Shown: positions 19,215 through 29,429, counted from the first letter of the stretch. The stretch is DNA of 49,225 nucleotides from an uncultured Chloroflexota bacterium (GCA_913051185.1 CAJXBM010000005.1:1-49225); one strand, 5' to 3'. The notes: generated from the sequence alone by a model not told the origin. Numbers and translations are program-made.

Positions 19215-20231
19215 CTAGATTAATCGCTTTTTAGGAATAACCTGATCTCTATTGGGGACTGTAGCAACACTTGTCGGCCATTTCCCCGCTATCACTTGGG
19301 CAACAGTTTGCCCTACTCGGTTTTTTATATTTGTGTTGGATCTCTCAGAATAAAAGGCTGAGTGCGGAGTTAGCACAACATTGTCCATAGAAATTAATTT
19401 TGAGTCTGCAGTCAATGGTTCTTGCTCAAATACATCAAGGCCTGCACCTAGTATCTGTCCTGATTCAAGCGCATTAACCAAATCTTCTTGACTGTGAACC
19501 GGTCCACGAGATGTATTAATAAAGATCGCAGTTGATTTCATTCTTCGGAAGGCGGCCTCGTTCATGAGACCTCTTGTTTCGTCATTCAACGGCGTGTGAA
19601 CCGTTACATGATCGGCAAATTCTAAAAGCTCTTCCATTGAACTAGCACGGACTACACCTGTTTCGTCGAACACAGAATCAGACAGATATGGATCAAAAGC
19701 CATAACATTCATTCCAATTCCCTTGGCACGCACTGCCATCTCACGACCAATGTTTCCTAGCGCAATAATCCCCAGAGTTTCACCCGTAAGAGGAGGAGAA
19801 TACCCTAGCGGAACTGCTCTGTAATTACCCTCCCGAATCGAACGATCGTGTGTTATGACCTTTCTCGCAACTGCGAGCAATAAAAGTAACGCGTGATTAG
19901 CCACCTCTGGCTGGCAAAAGTCAGGGTAATGTGCCACCACCACACCCCGTTCCGTAGCAGCTGGAATATCCAAGCTATCCAATCCGACACCATATCTAAT
20001 TATTAGTTGTAGATCTGGACACTGATCTAGGAGGTCTCCATCAATCTTTGCTCCTCCGACTAATACCGCGTTCGCTGACCTCAGCAGATCCACGCGTTCT
20101 TCTTGATTCAAAGCTTTTTTTATCAGGATAGAACCGCCAGCGGCCTCTATTATTTCTCGCTCAATCTGAAAAAAAGCCGGATCGTCCGATTCGGTCTGAA
20201 CTGCCAAAAATTTACTTGCATTCGAAGTCAT
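19215..20231 (-). CDS. D-isomer-specific 2-hydroxyacid dehydrogenase (CtBP/SerA-like)
   Basis: RYGVG.D, LGNIG, H.PL..ET, INTSRG, DVFEQEP, TPHSA (Arg/Glu/His catalytic set). ATG at 20231 follows a GGGGA SD. Confidence 0.9.
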   Translation of the reverse strand: MTSNASKFLAVQTESDDPAFFQIEREIIEAAGGSILIKKALNQEERVDLLRSANAVLVGGAKIDGDLLDQCPDLQLIIRYGVGLDSLDIPAATERGVVVAHYPDFCQPEVANHALLLLLAVARKVITHDRSIREGNYRAVPLGYSPPLTGETLGIIALGNIGREMAVRAKGIGMNVMAFDPYLSDSVFDETGVVRASSMEELLEFADHVTVHTPLNDETRGLMNEAAFRRMKSTAIFINTSRGPVHSQEDLVNALESGQILGAGLDVFEQEPLTADSKLISMDNVVLTPHSAFYSERSNTNIKNRVGQTVAQVIAGKWPTSVATVPNRDQVIPKKRLI

Positions 20232-20330
20232 TCGTATCCCCACTTTCTAGCCAAACTCTGCAGACCCAGCATACATCGATTCAGAGCCTAGGCCCGTTGA
20301 AGTTAACTCCCATTTTCGTAACATGTGCCA

Positions 20331-20339
20331 TGCTACACT
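20331..20339 (+). promoter_or_regulatory. Extended -10 promoter element for the fbp operon
   Basis: TG-c-TACACT about 40 nt upstream of the fbp ATG. Confidence 0.4.
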
Positions 20340-20378
20340 CGTTCTTGGCAAATATAAATACTTAGATTGGAACTCAAA

Positions 20379-21473
20379 ATGACGCAAACACTTAGCGTAA
20401 TCAAGGCAGATATTGGTGGAATGGTCGGACATTCATCGATGCATCCTGATGTTCTCGATCATGGACGAGAACAAATTGAGCAAGCTGTACAAAATGGCCT
20501 ATTAATCGATGGTCAGGCGCACGCTTGTGGTGACGATATGTTCCTAATAATGTCACATGATCGAGGAGAGGACGACGAAACTCTACACAAATTTGCGTGG
20601 GATACTTTTCAATCTGGCACAGACGTGGCCCGAAAGCTACATCTCTACGGCGCAGGACAAGATTTACTAGTGGATGCATTTAGTGGCAACATTCGAGGCG
20701 CCGGTCCGGGTTCAGCTGAACTCGAACTTATTGAACGACCTTCGGAACCGGTAATCGTATTCATGGGCGATAAGACGTCTGCCGGCTCGTTCAACCTACC
20801 ATTCTACAAAATGTTTGCCGATCCTTTCAACACAGCTGGACTCGTTATAGCTGAAAGCCTTCATGAGGGATTTGCATTCGAGGTACATGACATAGCTAAC
20901 AATAAGAAGGCTGTATTCCAGTCTCCAGAAGAAATATATGACTTACTCGTGTTCATTGGGTCACCCGCTCATTATGCAGTTAAACGAGTTGTAGCTAGAT
21001 CAACTGGTGAAGTTGGTGCCGTCTCGTCAACCGACAAACTCTCGCTGATTGCGGGAAGATACGTCGGTAAGGATGATCCGACCTCTATAGTCCGATGCCA
21101 GGGAGCCTTTCCTGCAGTGGGAGAAGTCCTTGAAGCATTTACCACCCCATGGATAGTAGAGGGTTTTATGCGTGGCTCCCATTACGGGCCATGGATGCCT
21201 GTGTCACTTGAAAATGCAAATCCCTCAAGATTTGATGGTCCGCCTAGAATAGTTGCGCTCGGCTATCAACTTGCTGAGGGTAAGCTCGTTGGACCAAGAG
21301 ATATGTTTGATGATCCATCATTCGATCCGGCACGAGCTGAGGCAAATGTTATTTCCGACATTCTGCGCAAGCATGGTCCGTTTGAGCCACACCGCCTACC
21401 ACTCGATGAAATGGAATACACAACGATGCCTGTTGTTGCGGCCAAAATGGCAGACAGATGGACTGATTTGTAA
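20379..21473 (+). CDS. fbp: Bifunctional fructose-1,6-bisphosphate aldolase/phosphatase (FBPase class V)
   Basis: LSVIKADIGG..GH, CGDD, LYGAGQDLL.DAFSGN.RG.GPG, ADPFNTAGLVI, YVGKDDP (Schiff-base Lys), MRGSH, FEPHRL, EYTT. Confidence 0.96.
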   Translation: MTQTLSVIKADIGGMVGHSSMHPDVLDHGREQIEQAVQNGLLIDGQAHACGDDMFLIMSHDRGEDDETLHKFAWDTFQSGTDVARKLHLYGAGQDLLVDAFSGNIRGAGPGSAELELIERPSEPVIVFMGDKTSAGSFNLPFYKMFADPFNTAGLVIAESLHEGFAFEVHDIANNKKAVFQSPEEIYDLLVFIGSPAHYAVKRVVARSTGEVGAVSSTDKLSLIAGRYVGKDDPTSIVRCQGAFPAVGEVLEAFTTPWIVEGFMRGSHYGPWMPVSLENANPSRFDGPPRIVALGYQLAEGKLVGPRDMFDDPSFDPARAEANVISDILRKHGPFEPHRLPLDEMEYTTMPVVAAKMADRWTDL

Positions 21474-21507
21474 GAGGTTATTGCTCATCGACGAATGCGA
21501 ATTTATT

Positions 21508-22119
21508 ATGACAATTCCTAAGCTCGTCGTTGCGTCCACTAACGCAGGAAAAGTCAAAGAATTCAAAGAAATTCTAAAAGAGTCATCATTTGAAGTGATA
21601 AGCCAAGGCGAATTAAAGGTTGAATCCGCGGACATTATTGAAACCGGTAGGTCGTACACAAGTAATGCGATAGCAAAGGCTACGGCCATAGCAAAGCTCA
21701 CGGGCCTGGCCACAATTGCCGATGACAGTGGCCTAGAAATTGACGCTCTCAGAGGGGCTCCCGGACCTGTTTCAGCCCGTTACGGAATGAATCTCTATAA
21801 CCAAGGCATACAAACTGACCATGACCGCAATATGCTAATCTTGGACCGGCTAAGAGATATACCGATTTCTGGTCGCTCAGCCCGATTTCGAGCCTGTATA
21901 GCCCTAGTCTTGCCGGGCAATCTTCCTGCTACCCGAGAGGGAATATGTGAAGGACGAATCGCCCTCGAGCCCAAGGGAGACAATGGTTTTGGTTATGACC
22001 CAATATTTCTAATCCGTGATGGTCGTTCTTTTGCAGAGCTCGGATCTTACAAAAATGAGATATCGCATCGCGCTCGAGCACTCTTCGCTATCCGATCAGT
22101 GCTTGAAAAATTTAACTGA
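21508..22119 (+). CDS. rdgB: Non-canonical purine NTP pyrophosphatase (RdgB/HAM1)
   Basis: ASTNAGKVKE, ADDSGLEIDAL.GAPG..SARY, GFGYDPIF, KNEISHR. Real start is ATG 21508; the ORF-track extension overlaps fbp. Confidence 0.93.
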   Translation: MTIPKLVVASTNAGKVKEFKEILKESSFEVISQGELKVESADIIETGRSYTSNAIAKATAIAKLTGLATIADDSGLEIDALRGAPGPVSARYGMNLYNQGIQTDHDRNMLILDRLRDIPISGRSARFRACIALVLPGNLPATREGICEGRIALEPKGDNGFGYDPIFLIRDGRSFAELGSYKNEISHRARALFAIRSVLEKFN

Positions 22120-22128
22120 GAGGTATTA

Positions 22129-22923
22129 ATGGAAAATCATCTCGACCGAATGTTTAAAGAATTAAAAAGAAATAAAAAAACGGCCGTAATCCCGTTTCTG
22201 CCTGCTGGTTGGCCGGAGCTAGATTCCACTGAGAAAATAGTTAGTGCGGCGGTCCGAGGTGGAGCGACTGCTGTGGAACTGGGCTGGGCTTTCAGTGATC
22301 CGCTTGGAGATGGGCCAGTAAATCAAGTTGCTTATGACCGCGCAATAGAGAACGGCAGTAACGGAACTAGCATACTGCGAGCTGCTGCCGCAATAAGAAG
22401 CAACCACAATCATTTACCCATAATTGTGATGGGCTATGCTAACCCGCTCCTATCCTATGGTGTCGAAAAATGGGCAGCTGATGCTGAAGCAGCGGGTGTA
22501 GACGGTTTAATTTGTGTTGATCTACCCCCACAAGAGGCAATCGAGATATCCCGTATCCTAAGGCGATCAAACATACACCCAATATTTCTGCTGGCACCAA
22601 CTTCAACCGATGAAAGAATTTCATTAATCGCCGAACACGGCACCGGTATGATTTACTGTGTATCTGTCGTCGGAATAACTGGTGCACGCCGGGCTTTATC
22701 TTCTGAACTGCCAGATTTTATCAAGCGAGTTAAAGAAAAAACTAACACTCCACTTGCTATTGGATTTGGAATATCGGAGCCTGAACACGTCGCCTCAGTT
22801 GGAAATATCGCTGAGGCTGCGGTAGTAGGGAGTGCATTTGTTGGAGCAATATCAAGTGCACAAGGGACTGATCATGAATCAGCCGCTGAAAAATTCATAT
22901 CGAGACTAGTCAACGGAGGATAG
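22129..22923 (+). CDS. trpA: Tryptophan synthase alpha chain
   Basis: ELG..FSDPL.DGP..Q, MGYANP, DLP, LAPTS, VS..GITG, GFGIS, VVGSA. Confidence 0.95.
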   Translation: MENHLDRMFKELKRNKKTAVIPFLPAGWPELDSTEKIVSAAVRGGATAVELGWAFSDPLGDGPVNQVAYDRAIENGSNGTSILRAAAAIRSNHNHLPIIVMGYANPLLSYGVEKWAADAEAAGVDGLICVDLPPQEAIEISRILRRSNIHPIFLLAPTSTDERISLIAEHGTGMIYCVSVVGITGARRALSSELPDFIKRVKEKTNTPLAIGFGISEPEHVASVGNIAEAAVVGSAFVGAISSAQGTDHESAAEKFISRLVNGG

Positions 22924-22925
22924 TT

Positions 22926-23291
22926 ATGAAAGTACGAGGTGTCAGGGGTGCGACCACAACATCATCCAATACCCAAGAAGAAATTCTCCAAGCCTCTCAA
23001 GAACTCTTGACTGAGATAGTCAAGAGAAACGGAATAGAGATTGACGACGTTGCCTCGATTTTCTTCTCGACAACTCCGGACTTAAACACTGAGTTTCCTG
23101 CTGTCGCTGCGCGAGAAATAGGTTTTACGAACGCCGCGCTTGAATGCCTAGTCGAAATGAATGTCCAAGGCTCACTACAAAAATGCATACGAATCCTGAT
23201 GCACATTAATACGGACTTAACTCAACAGGAAATACAACATGTTTACTTAAAAGATGCAAAATCACTGCGCGTCGACTTATCTGAAAAATAG
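22926..23291 (+). CDS. aroH: Chorismate mutase, AroH class
   Basis: VRGVRGATT, F.TT.DL..EFPA.AAR, EM.V.GSL.KCIR, HVYL..A.SLR.DL. Confidence 0.95.
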   Translation: MKVRGVRGATTTSSNTQEEILQASQELLTEIVKRNGIEIDDVASIFFSTTPDLNTEFPAVAAREIGFTNAALECLVEMNVQGSLQKCIRILMHINTDLTQQEIQHVYLKDAKSLRVDLSEK

Positions 23292-23309
23292 CCTGATCGT
23301 CGGTAAATT

Positions 23310-24098
23310 ATGATAGACAGCGAAACACACCATAATGAGAATTCGCAAAATTCACTTGAAACGGAAAATCTCTTTCTGATTGACAGTGCGGAGTATAGTG
23401 GTCCCCTTCACGCACTCTTGGAAATTGTTGAACATCATGAGTTAGATATCAATGTTGTCTCACTCGCGTCAGTCGCATCGCAATTCACAGAGTATGTATC
23501 ACGGGTGAAAAACAAAGGCGAAATATCTGTAGAACAAATATCTCAATATGTACTGATTGCATCCCGCCTCTTATTACTTAAGTCACGTTCTCTCCTCCCA
23601 GACCTAGTCGAAGTAGAAGAAGAAGACGAAGCACCAGATATTCTAGCTCTAATTGATGCCTTGAAAGAATACCGAAAATTTGCTCAAGCAGCTGACATAC
23701 TAAGCACTAAAGAAGGCTCTGTCAGCTATCCCAGGTCCCCTAAACCAATTATTAATTCAACGGAACTAGAAATTCCAACAGGTTTAGATGGGATTACTTT
23801 GCAATCATTGGTTGAGATTATAGGAGACGTGCTCGAGAGACTCCCTGAAGACGAGGCTTCTATAGAGTTCGAGCGCGACCCTATCATTCTTGCCGACAGA
23901 ATAAATAGAATTAAGGAATTTTTTGGCGATTCCATGAAATCCAAGATATCATTTCGCTCAATAATTGAATCTGCGACCACACGAGCAGAGGTAATTGTGG
24001 ACTTCCTAGCAGTGTTGGAACTAATCAAATCTCAGGCTATCGCTGCTGGCCAATCCGAAAGATTTGGTGAAATCTATCTAGAACGGTTGTTCAAATAG
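23310..24098 (+). CDS. scpA: Segregation/condensation protein A (kleisin)
   Basis: YSGPL..LL.., QF.EY, AS.LL.LKSRSLLP, FLAVLELIK, Q.E.FGEI. Confidence 0.92.
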   Translation: MIDSETHHNENSQNSLETENLFLIDSAEYSGPLHALLEIVEHHELDINVVSLASVASQFTEYVSRVKNKGEISVEQISQYVLIASRLLLLKSRSLLPDLVEVEEEDEAPDILALIDALKEYRKFAQAADILSTKEGSVSYPRSPKPIINSTELEIPTGLDGITLQSLVEIIGDVLERLPEDEASIEFERDPIILADRINRIKEFFGDSMKSKISFRSIIESATTRAEVIVDFLAVLELIKSQAIAAGQSERFGEIYLERLFK

Positions 24099-24215
24099 AA
24101 TCTTTAATTATTTATGTGCAACTTACGGTAATCAGTTTCTAGGACTTTATCAGAAGGCTTCGGAAGATTAACATCGTACATCCAAACTGAATTGGGACAA
24201 GATTAGGACATTTCT

Positions 24216-25160
24216 GTGTTGAAAACTCGCAAAGAGTTACGCGAAACCGCAACCGCTGGAAAGCATGCCATCTCTATCGGGGTGTTTGATGGAGTTCACA
24301 AAGGCCATCTCGCGCTAGTCAACAAAATGTTATCCGAAGGAAATACAAGAGGTCTTTCCGGCGGCGTAGTAACGTTCTATCCGCACCCTGTAGCTGTAAT
24401 ACGGCCAGATATTGAATTCACCTATCTAACATCATTACAAAATCGAATTGAGCTACTTCAGACAGTCGGTGTTGAGTTCGTTTCAGTGCTCGAGTTTGAT
24501 GAACAATTACAGAGAGTATCCGCCAAAACTTTTTGTGAAATGCTAGTTGAAGAAGCTCAAATGGAACTTCTTGTGGTCGGAGAAGATTTTAAACTGGGCA
24601 GAAATGGCGAAGGCGATATTAAAATTTTAGAAAATATTGGATTGGAACTTGGATTTGAGGTTATTAGCGTTCCACTGGTTCAAGAAAGCACATCAAAGGT
24701 TTCATCTACTCGTATTCGTGAAGCACTTAACTCCGGTTCCATGGAAGAAGTTGGTTCTCTAATGGGACATCGTTATCAACTTGACGGTACAGTCATTCTG
24801 GGAGATCAGAGGGGGCGAACTATTGGATTTCCTACGCTGAACGTAGATATAGAAAAAGATCGTCTAATTCCGCCAAACGGCGTTTATATAACTGAAACAT
24901 TTATCAAAAACGAAAAATACGCTTCCGTCACGAATATCGGTTCCCGACCGACGTTTACTATAGACTCAAAGAATCATCTTGAAACTCATCTTTTGGACTT
25001 CAATGAAGATGTGTATGGCGAGCATGCCACTGTCGAATTCATTTCACGCCTAAGAAATGAAAGGAAATTCAACTCGGGAGATGAACTAGTACAGCAAATC
25101 AAAAATGATGTGAAAAATACTGTGGACCATTTTACTAACCGTCAGGCAGAAACCTCATGA
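24216..25160 (+). CDS. ribF: Bifunctional riboflavin kinase/FAD synthetase
   Basis: IGVFDGVHKGH, TF.PHP, VGEDF..G, SSTRIR, GRTIGFPT.N, NIGSRPT, ETH.LDF, LR.E.KF. Confidence 0.96.
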   Translation: MLKTRKELRETATAGKHAISIGVFDGVHKGHLALVNKMLSEGNTRGLSGGVVTFYPHPVAVIRPDIEFTYLTSLQNRIELLQTVGVEFVSVLEFDEQLQRVSAKTFCEMLVEEAQMELLVVGEDFKLGRNGEGDIKILENIGLELGFEVISVPLVQESTSKVSSTRIREALNSGSMEEVGSLMGHRYQLDGTVILGDQRGRTIGFPTLNVDIEKDRLIPPNGVYITETFIKNEKYASVTNIGSRPTFTIDSKNHLETHLLDFNEDVYGEHATVEFISRLRNERKFNSGDELVQQIKNDVKNTVDHFTNRQAETS

Positions 25161-26383
25161 ATAAGCCTAGAACGATGACTCCAGTTGCTGATCAACTGAC
25201 TATCCTGATGGACGGCGTAGATCTCGGCTCACCTACTTTGCAAAAAGCTATGGAAAGTGAACTGATAACTCTACTCGAAGAGGATCGACCTCTCACTGTA
25301 TATTGTGGGTATGACCCGACCGCTACCGATCTCCATTTGGGCCATATCCCTACGATGGTTAAACTCCGTCAATTTCAGAATTTCGGTCACAGAGTAATAT
25401 TTCTTATAGGTTCATTTACGGCTCAGGTCGGGGATCCAACCGGGAAACAATCAACTCGACCTATGTTAGATGAGAAGGCAGTTCAGACTTTTAGCCAATC
25501 ATATATCAACCAAGCCTTCATAATTCTTGATGCTGAAAATACTGAAGTTCTCTATAACCACGAGTGGCTCGCACCCTTAAACTTTGCTGATGTGATCAAA
25601 CTAGCGGCTGAATTTTCAGTAGGCCATTTCCTGCAGCACAGTACATTTCGAGATCGAATGCAAAAAGGGGACTCAATTAGAATTAGTGAGTTTATGTACG
25701 CTATCCTCCAGGCATATGACGCCCTACATCTAAAAACGGATATACAAATCGGCGGCAGCGATCAAATTTTCAATATCGTGGATGTCGGACGCTCCCTGCA
25801 AGCATCAAGAGGGCAAAAACCTCAAGTTGCCCTAACACTGCCAATATTAGTTGGGACAGATGGCAAAGAAAAAATGTCGAAATCTCTGGGCAATACTATC
25901 GGATTACAAGACGCACCTAATGATATGTTCGGGAAAGTCATGTCACTACCCGATCAAGCTCTAGATTTATATGCTCGCCTGGTAACAGATTTACACCCGA
26001 CGGAAGTGAATAAACTTCTAAAAAATATAGAAGAGAAGAAAATAAGCCCTATAGAGGCTAAGAAAAAAGTGGCCACAGAAGTCGTAACACTTATCTATTC
26101 AAGAGAGGAGGCGCTCGCCGCAGAAAAATATTTTGAGAATACCTTCCAAAAAAGACAGGAGCCCGTCGATGATGCTCCAGAGTACGTGTTACATGAGGAC
26201 AAGCGGCTGATCAATGTCATTATGCAAAGTATGAATTATAGTGGCGGCGAGGCTAGACGTATGGTGAGTCAAGGTGCAGTAAAAATAAATGATCAGAAGG
26301 CCGAAGATATAAATTTTACCCTTTCAGACGGGGACTTCATAAAAATTGGTCGACATACGTTTCTTCGAATTAGAGAAAATTAA
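25157..26383 (+). CDS. tyrS: Tyrosine--tRNA ligase
   Basis: YCGYDPTA.DLHLGH, GDPTGK, LQAYD, GGSDQ.FN, KMSKS and a C-terminal S4 domain. Confidence 0.97.
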   Translation: MNKPRTMTPVADQLTILMDGVDLGSPTLQKAMESELITLLEEDRPLTVYCGYDPTATDLHLGHIPTMVKLRQFQNFGHRVIFLIGSFTAQVGDPTGKQSTRPMLDEKAVQTFSQSYINQAFIILDAENTEVLYNHEWLAPLNFADVIKLAAEFSVGHFLQHSTFRDRMQKGDSIRISEFMYAILQAYDALHLKTDIQIGGSDQIFNIVDVGRSLQASRGQKPQVALTLPILVGTDGKEKMSKSLGNTIGLQDAPNDMFGKVMSLPDQALDLYARLVTDLHPTEVNKLLKNIEEKKISPIEAKKKVATEVVTLIYSREEALAAEKYFENTFQKRQEPVDDAPEYVLHEDKRLINVIMQSMNYSGGEARRMVSQGAVKINDQKAEDINFTLSDGDFIKIGRHTFLRIREN

Positions 26384-26395
26384 TAAAAAATAAAT

Positions 26396-28093
26396 TTACC
26401 AACTGGCACGACGCTGCAAATCAATAATCTCCAATTCCAAAGAAGATCCATATAGCCGTCCGTACGTCGCTACATTTCTCTTGAAGTTATACGCCAAGTC
26501 AAAACGTTGCCCTTCAAAAACAGAATATTCTCCAAAGCCCCACCCGACTGCCCGCCATGTTTGAGTACCACTCGTAAATGTGGCTCGGAGGTGTCGGGAA
26601 TCTTTGCCCATCGTCCTAGAACTACTCATCAAAACATCAGACGCGTAAAACACAGGCTTCTTATTACCAATTCCGTGTGGTTCAAATAACGCGAGGTACT
26701 GTAGAAGTTTTTCATCAATAAAATCAAATGGAAGATTAAGATCAATGGCTAATTTTGGAGTAACTAAGTCGCCTGGCTGCGCAAACAAATCAAGTGCGCC
26801 AAGCCTCTCCTCCAAAGCAGTGAGGTTTGATTTGTTTATAGAAAACCCCGCTGCAGCTCGATGTCCGCCAAATTTTAACAGAAGATCTGAGACTGCCCGC
26901 AAAGGTCTCAACATGTCAAAGCCATCTATTGACCTACATGAAGCCCGAGCCTCGTCGCTAGAAGAATTAACGACTATTGCCGGTCTGTTGTACATGTCCG
27001 CCAGGCGTGATGCACATAAGCCTATAATGCCGGCACTGATATCATCCGAGGCCACAACTAAAATTTGAGGCAGTTCGTCACGATATTTATTTTGGATAAT
27101 GTCATCACTAATTACCAACGCTGCCTCGGTTTCCTTCCGGCGAAACTTATTGAGGTCTTCAAGCTGTCTGGCCAACTGAACAGAATTGTCAGTATTCGTA
27201 GAAATAAGTAACTCAAATGCCAAATCTGCATGTGCCATTCGCCCAGCAGCATTTAGCCTAGGACCAAGAATCCAACCAATACTTTCGGCATCAATATCAA
27301 TCTCTGCTAAACCAGCAGAGCCACACAGAGCTTTAATGCCAGACCGTGACGTCTTACGAAGCGCATTTATACCCAAGCGAACAAGATCACGACTCTCGTC
27401 TCTCAAGGGAGCCATATCACAGACCATCCCTAAACCGACTAAATCAAGAAATCTGTCGGCATCAAATGTTACCTGCATCCTATGAAACAACTCTTCTAAG
27501 ACTTTATAGGCGACTCCGACTGCTGCCGGCTCTGACCCATACAAATTATCGAAAAGTAGTGGGTTAACTATTGCATATGCCTCAGGGAGCTCACTTGGGA
27601 TTGCGTGATGATCAATCACAACGACATCCATATCTAAACTGTTGGCTTCTCGAACCTCTGCCACAGCAGATGTACCGGTGTCTGCAGTCACCAGAAGACT
27701 CGTACCCATATCCGCAATGCGCCGAATCGACCTGGAGCTTGGCCCATACCCATCTATATTTCTATCTGGAATATATGATTCCACCTTGGCACCAAGTTCC
27801 CTCAGACCTTCTACGAGAAGGACTGACGCCGTGACTCCATCTACATCATAATCTCCAAAGACAACAATATTTTCAGAATTTTGACAGGCCTGCAAAAGCC
27901 GGTCAACTGCTGGGCGTAAATTGGGCATTAAATCCGGATCCGTAAGTCCTTTGGGCGAACCCAAGAAAATACGAGCTTTCTCCGTTGTATCTATATCTCG
28001 CAGCGCCAATAATTTTCTTATTGCTACAGGCAAGTCAGGACCTGCATTTTCAAAACCACTAAGGTCTGGCTCCGGTGCTAAAATCCAGTCCAC
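26396..28093 (-). CDS. recJ: Single-stranded-DNA-specific exonuclease RecJ
   Basis: GDYDVDG, YIPDR..DGYG, IDHH, PRLNAAGR, FGGHRAAAG, EPHG.GN..P. Confidence 0.95.
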   Translation of the reverse strand: MDWILAPEPDLSGFENAGPDLPVAIRKLLALRDIDTTEKARIFLGSPKGLTDPDLMPNLRPAVDRLLQACQNSENIVVFGDYDVDGVTASVLLVEGLRELGAKVESYIPDRNIDGYGPSSRSIRRIADMGTSLLVTADTGTSAVAEVREANSLDMDVVVIDHHAIPSELPEAYAIVNPLLFDNLYGSEPAAVGVAYKVLEELFHRMQVTFDADRFLDLVGLGMVCDMAPLRDESRDLVRLGINALRKTSRSGIKALCGSAGLAEIDIDAESIGWILGPRLNAAGRMAHADLAFELLISTNTDNSVQLARQLEDLNKFRRKETEAALVISDDIIQNKYRDELPQILVVASDDISAGIIGLCASRLADMYNRPAIVVNSSSDEARASCRSIDGFDMLRPLRAVSDLLLKFGGHRAAAGFSINKSNLTALEERLGALDLFAQPGDLVTPKLAIDLNLPFDFIDEKLLQYLALFEPHGIGNKKPVFYASDVLMSSSRTMGKDSRHLRATFTSGTQTWRAVGWGFGEYSVFEGQRFDLAYNFKRNVATYGRLYGSSLELEIIDLQRRASW

Positions 28094-28163
28094 ATTTCAC
28101 TCTCGATTTACTACCAGTCGACCCAATTAAAAAAAGGAGACTAGTGTTGATGTTAACTATCTA

Positions 28164-29429
28164 CTACCCACGATACTTGGAAAATACCAATGAAGAGTTG
28201 TGTCCACCAAAACCAAGTGAATTTGTCATTGCCACATTAACCGAAGTTACGCGCGCTTTATTTGGCACATAATCCAAATCACAGTCCAGATCTGGCGAAT
28301 TTAGATTGATCGTTGGATGCACTATGTCATCCTTAATCGACAATGCCGTCACTACTGCCTCAATACCACCTGCAGCCCCTAACGTATGGCCGACCATAGA
28401 CTTGGTAGATGAAATAGGTACGGAATAGGCCTGTTCGCCAAAAACTGATTTTATGGAAAGCGTTTCAAACTTATCGTTTAAAGGTGTTGAGGTTCCGTGC
28501 GCATTAATATAGTCCACGTCCAAGGGTTCTATTTCTGCTTTAGTCAAAGCAATATTCATTGCCCGCGCGGCCCCTTCCCCCTGCTCGGATGGCTGGGTTA
28601 TATGATAAGCATCAGCAGATTGACCATATCCTCGATACTCACAAATAATATCTGCGCCTCGCCTCTCCGCGTGCTCTTGATCTTCCAAAATCAAAATCCC
28701 CGATCCCTCGCCTAGCACGAAACCATCTCGTTCCTGATCGAATGGTCGCGACGCGGTAGATGGATCATCATTTCTCGACAACGCACGGCTATTAGCAAAA
28801 GCGGTAATCGACATCCGTGTGACTGCTCCTTCTGCTCCTCCCGCTATCATTGCAACAGCATCACCACGCCTAATCACTTCAGCAGCAGTTCCAATCGAGT
28901 CTGCACCAGATGCACAGGCTGAAACAGTATTAAAGTTTGGTCCCTTGGCGCCATATCTAATCGACACTTGCCCAGCGGCCATATCGGGAATGAACATAGG
29001 TACCAAAAAGGGACTCACGCGACCCGGACCTTTATCAAAGAAATTCTTGAATTCACGCTCGAGGGTTTCCATCCCACCAATACCAACACCGATCATACAG
29101 CCTATCTGCTCGGCTTCACTATCAATGTCCAGTCCCGACTGATCTATCGCTTCTCCAGCCGCCATAATCGCAAGATGTGTGAATCGATCCATTCTACGAG
29201 ACTCTTTTTTATCTAAATATGTCGATAGATCGAAATCTGGAACCTCACCAGATACCTGAGAAGCCAAATCACTTACATCACATCGTTGCGTAAGACCTAT
29301 GCCATTCACTCCAGATCTCAGCGCATCCCAGGCAGCATCTCGTCCTACACCGTTCGCAATTATCAGTCCAACACCAGTAACCACTACCCGTCTTAAATTA
29401 GATTGACTATCAGTATTGTTAAATTCGAT
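28164..29429 (-). CDS. fabF: 3-oxoacyl-ACP synthase II (paralogue 2), start codon uncertain
   Basis: SACASG, NAHGTST, KSMVGH, NSLGFGGHN. The conserved RRVVVTG begins upstream of the first GTG (29384), and the open frame extends past an ATC at 29429. Confidence 0.9.
   Translation of the reverse strand: MEFNNTDSQSNLRRVVVTGVGLIIANGVGRDAAWDALRSGVNGIGLTQRCDVSDLASQVSGEVPDFDLSTYLDKKESRRMDRFTHLAIMAAGEAIDQSGLDIDSEAEQIGCMIGVGIGGMETLEREFKNFFDKGPGRVSPFLVPMFIPDMAAGQVSIRYGAKGPNFNTVSACASGADSIGTAAEVIRRGDAVAMIAGGAEGAVTRMSITAFANSRALSRNDDPSTASRPFDQERDGFVLGEGSGILILEDQEHAERRGADIICEYRGYGQSADAYHITQPSEQGEGAARAMNIALTKAEIEPLDVDYINAHGTSTPLNDKFETLSIKSVFGEQAYSVPISSTKSMVGHTLGAAGGIEAVVTALSIKDDIVHPTINLNSPDLDCDLDYVPNKARVTSVNVAMTNSLGFGGHNSSLVFSKYRG

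Noticed and set aside
21253-21507. 85-aa N-terminal extension of RdgB
   Set aside because: It overlaps the fbp 3' end in another frame. Homology starts at MTIPKLVVAS (21508).
24099-24215. Possible FMN riboswitch or T-box ahead of ribF-tyrS
   Set aside because: No RFN consensus or T-box (AAGGTGGTACC-like) sequence is visible, and the gap is short.
28125-28163. Possible terminator between fabF and recJ
   Set aside because: A U tract is present on the minus strand, but the stem is weak and offset, so it could not be supported.
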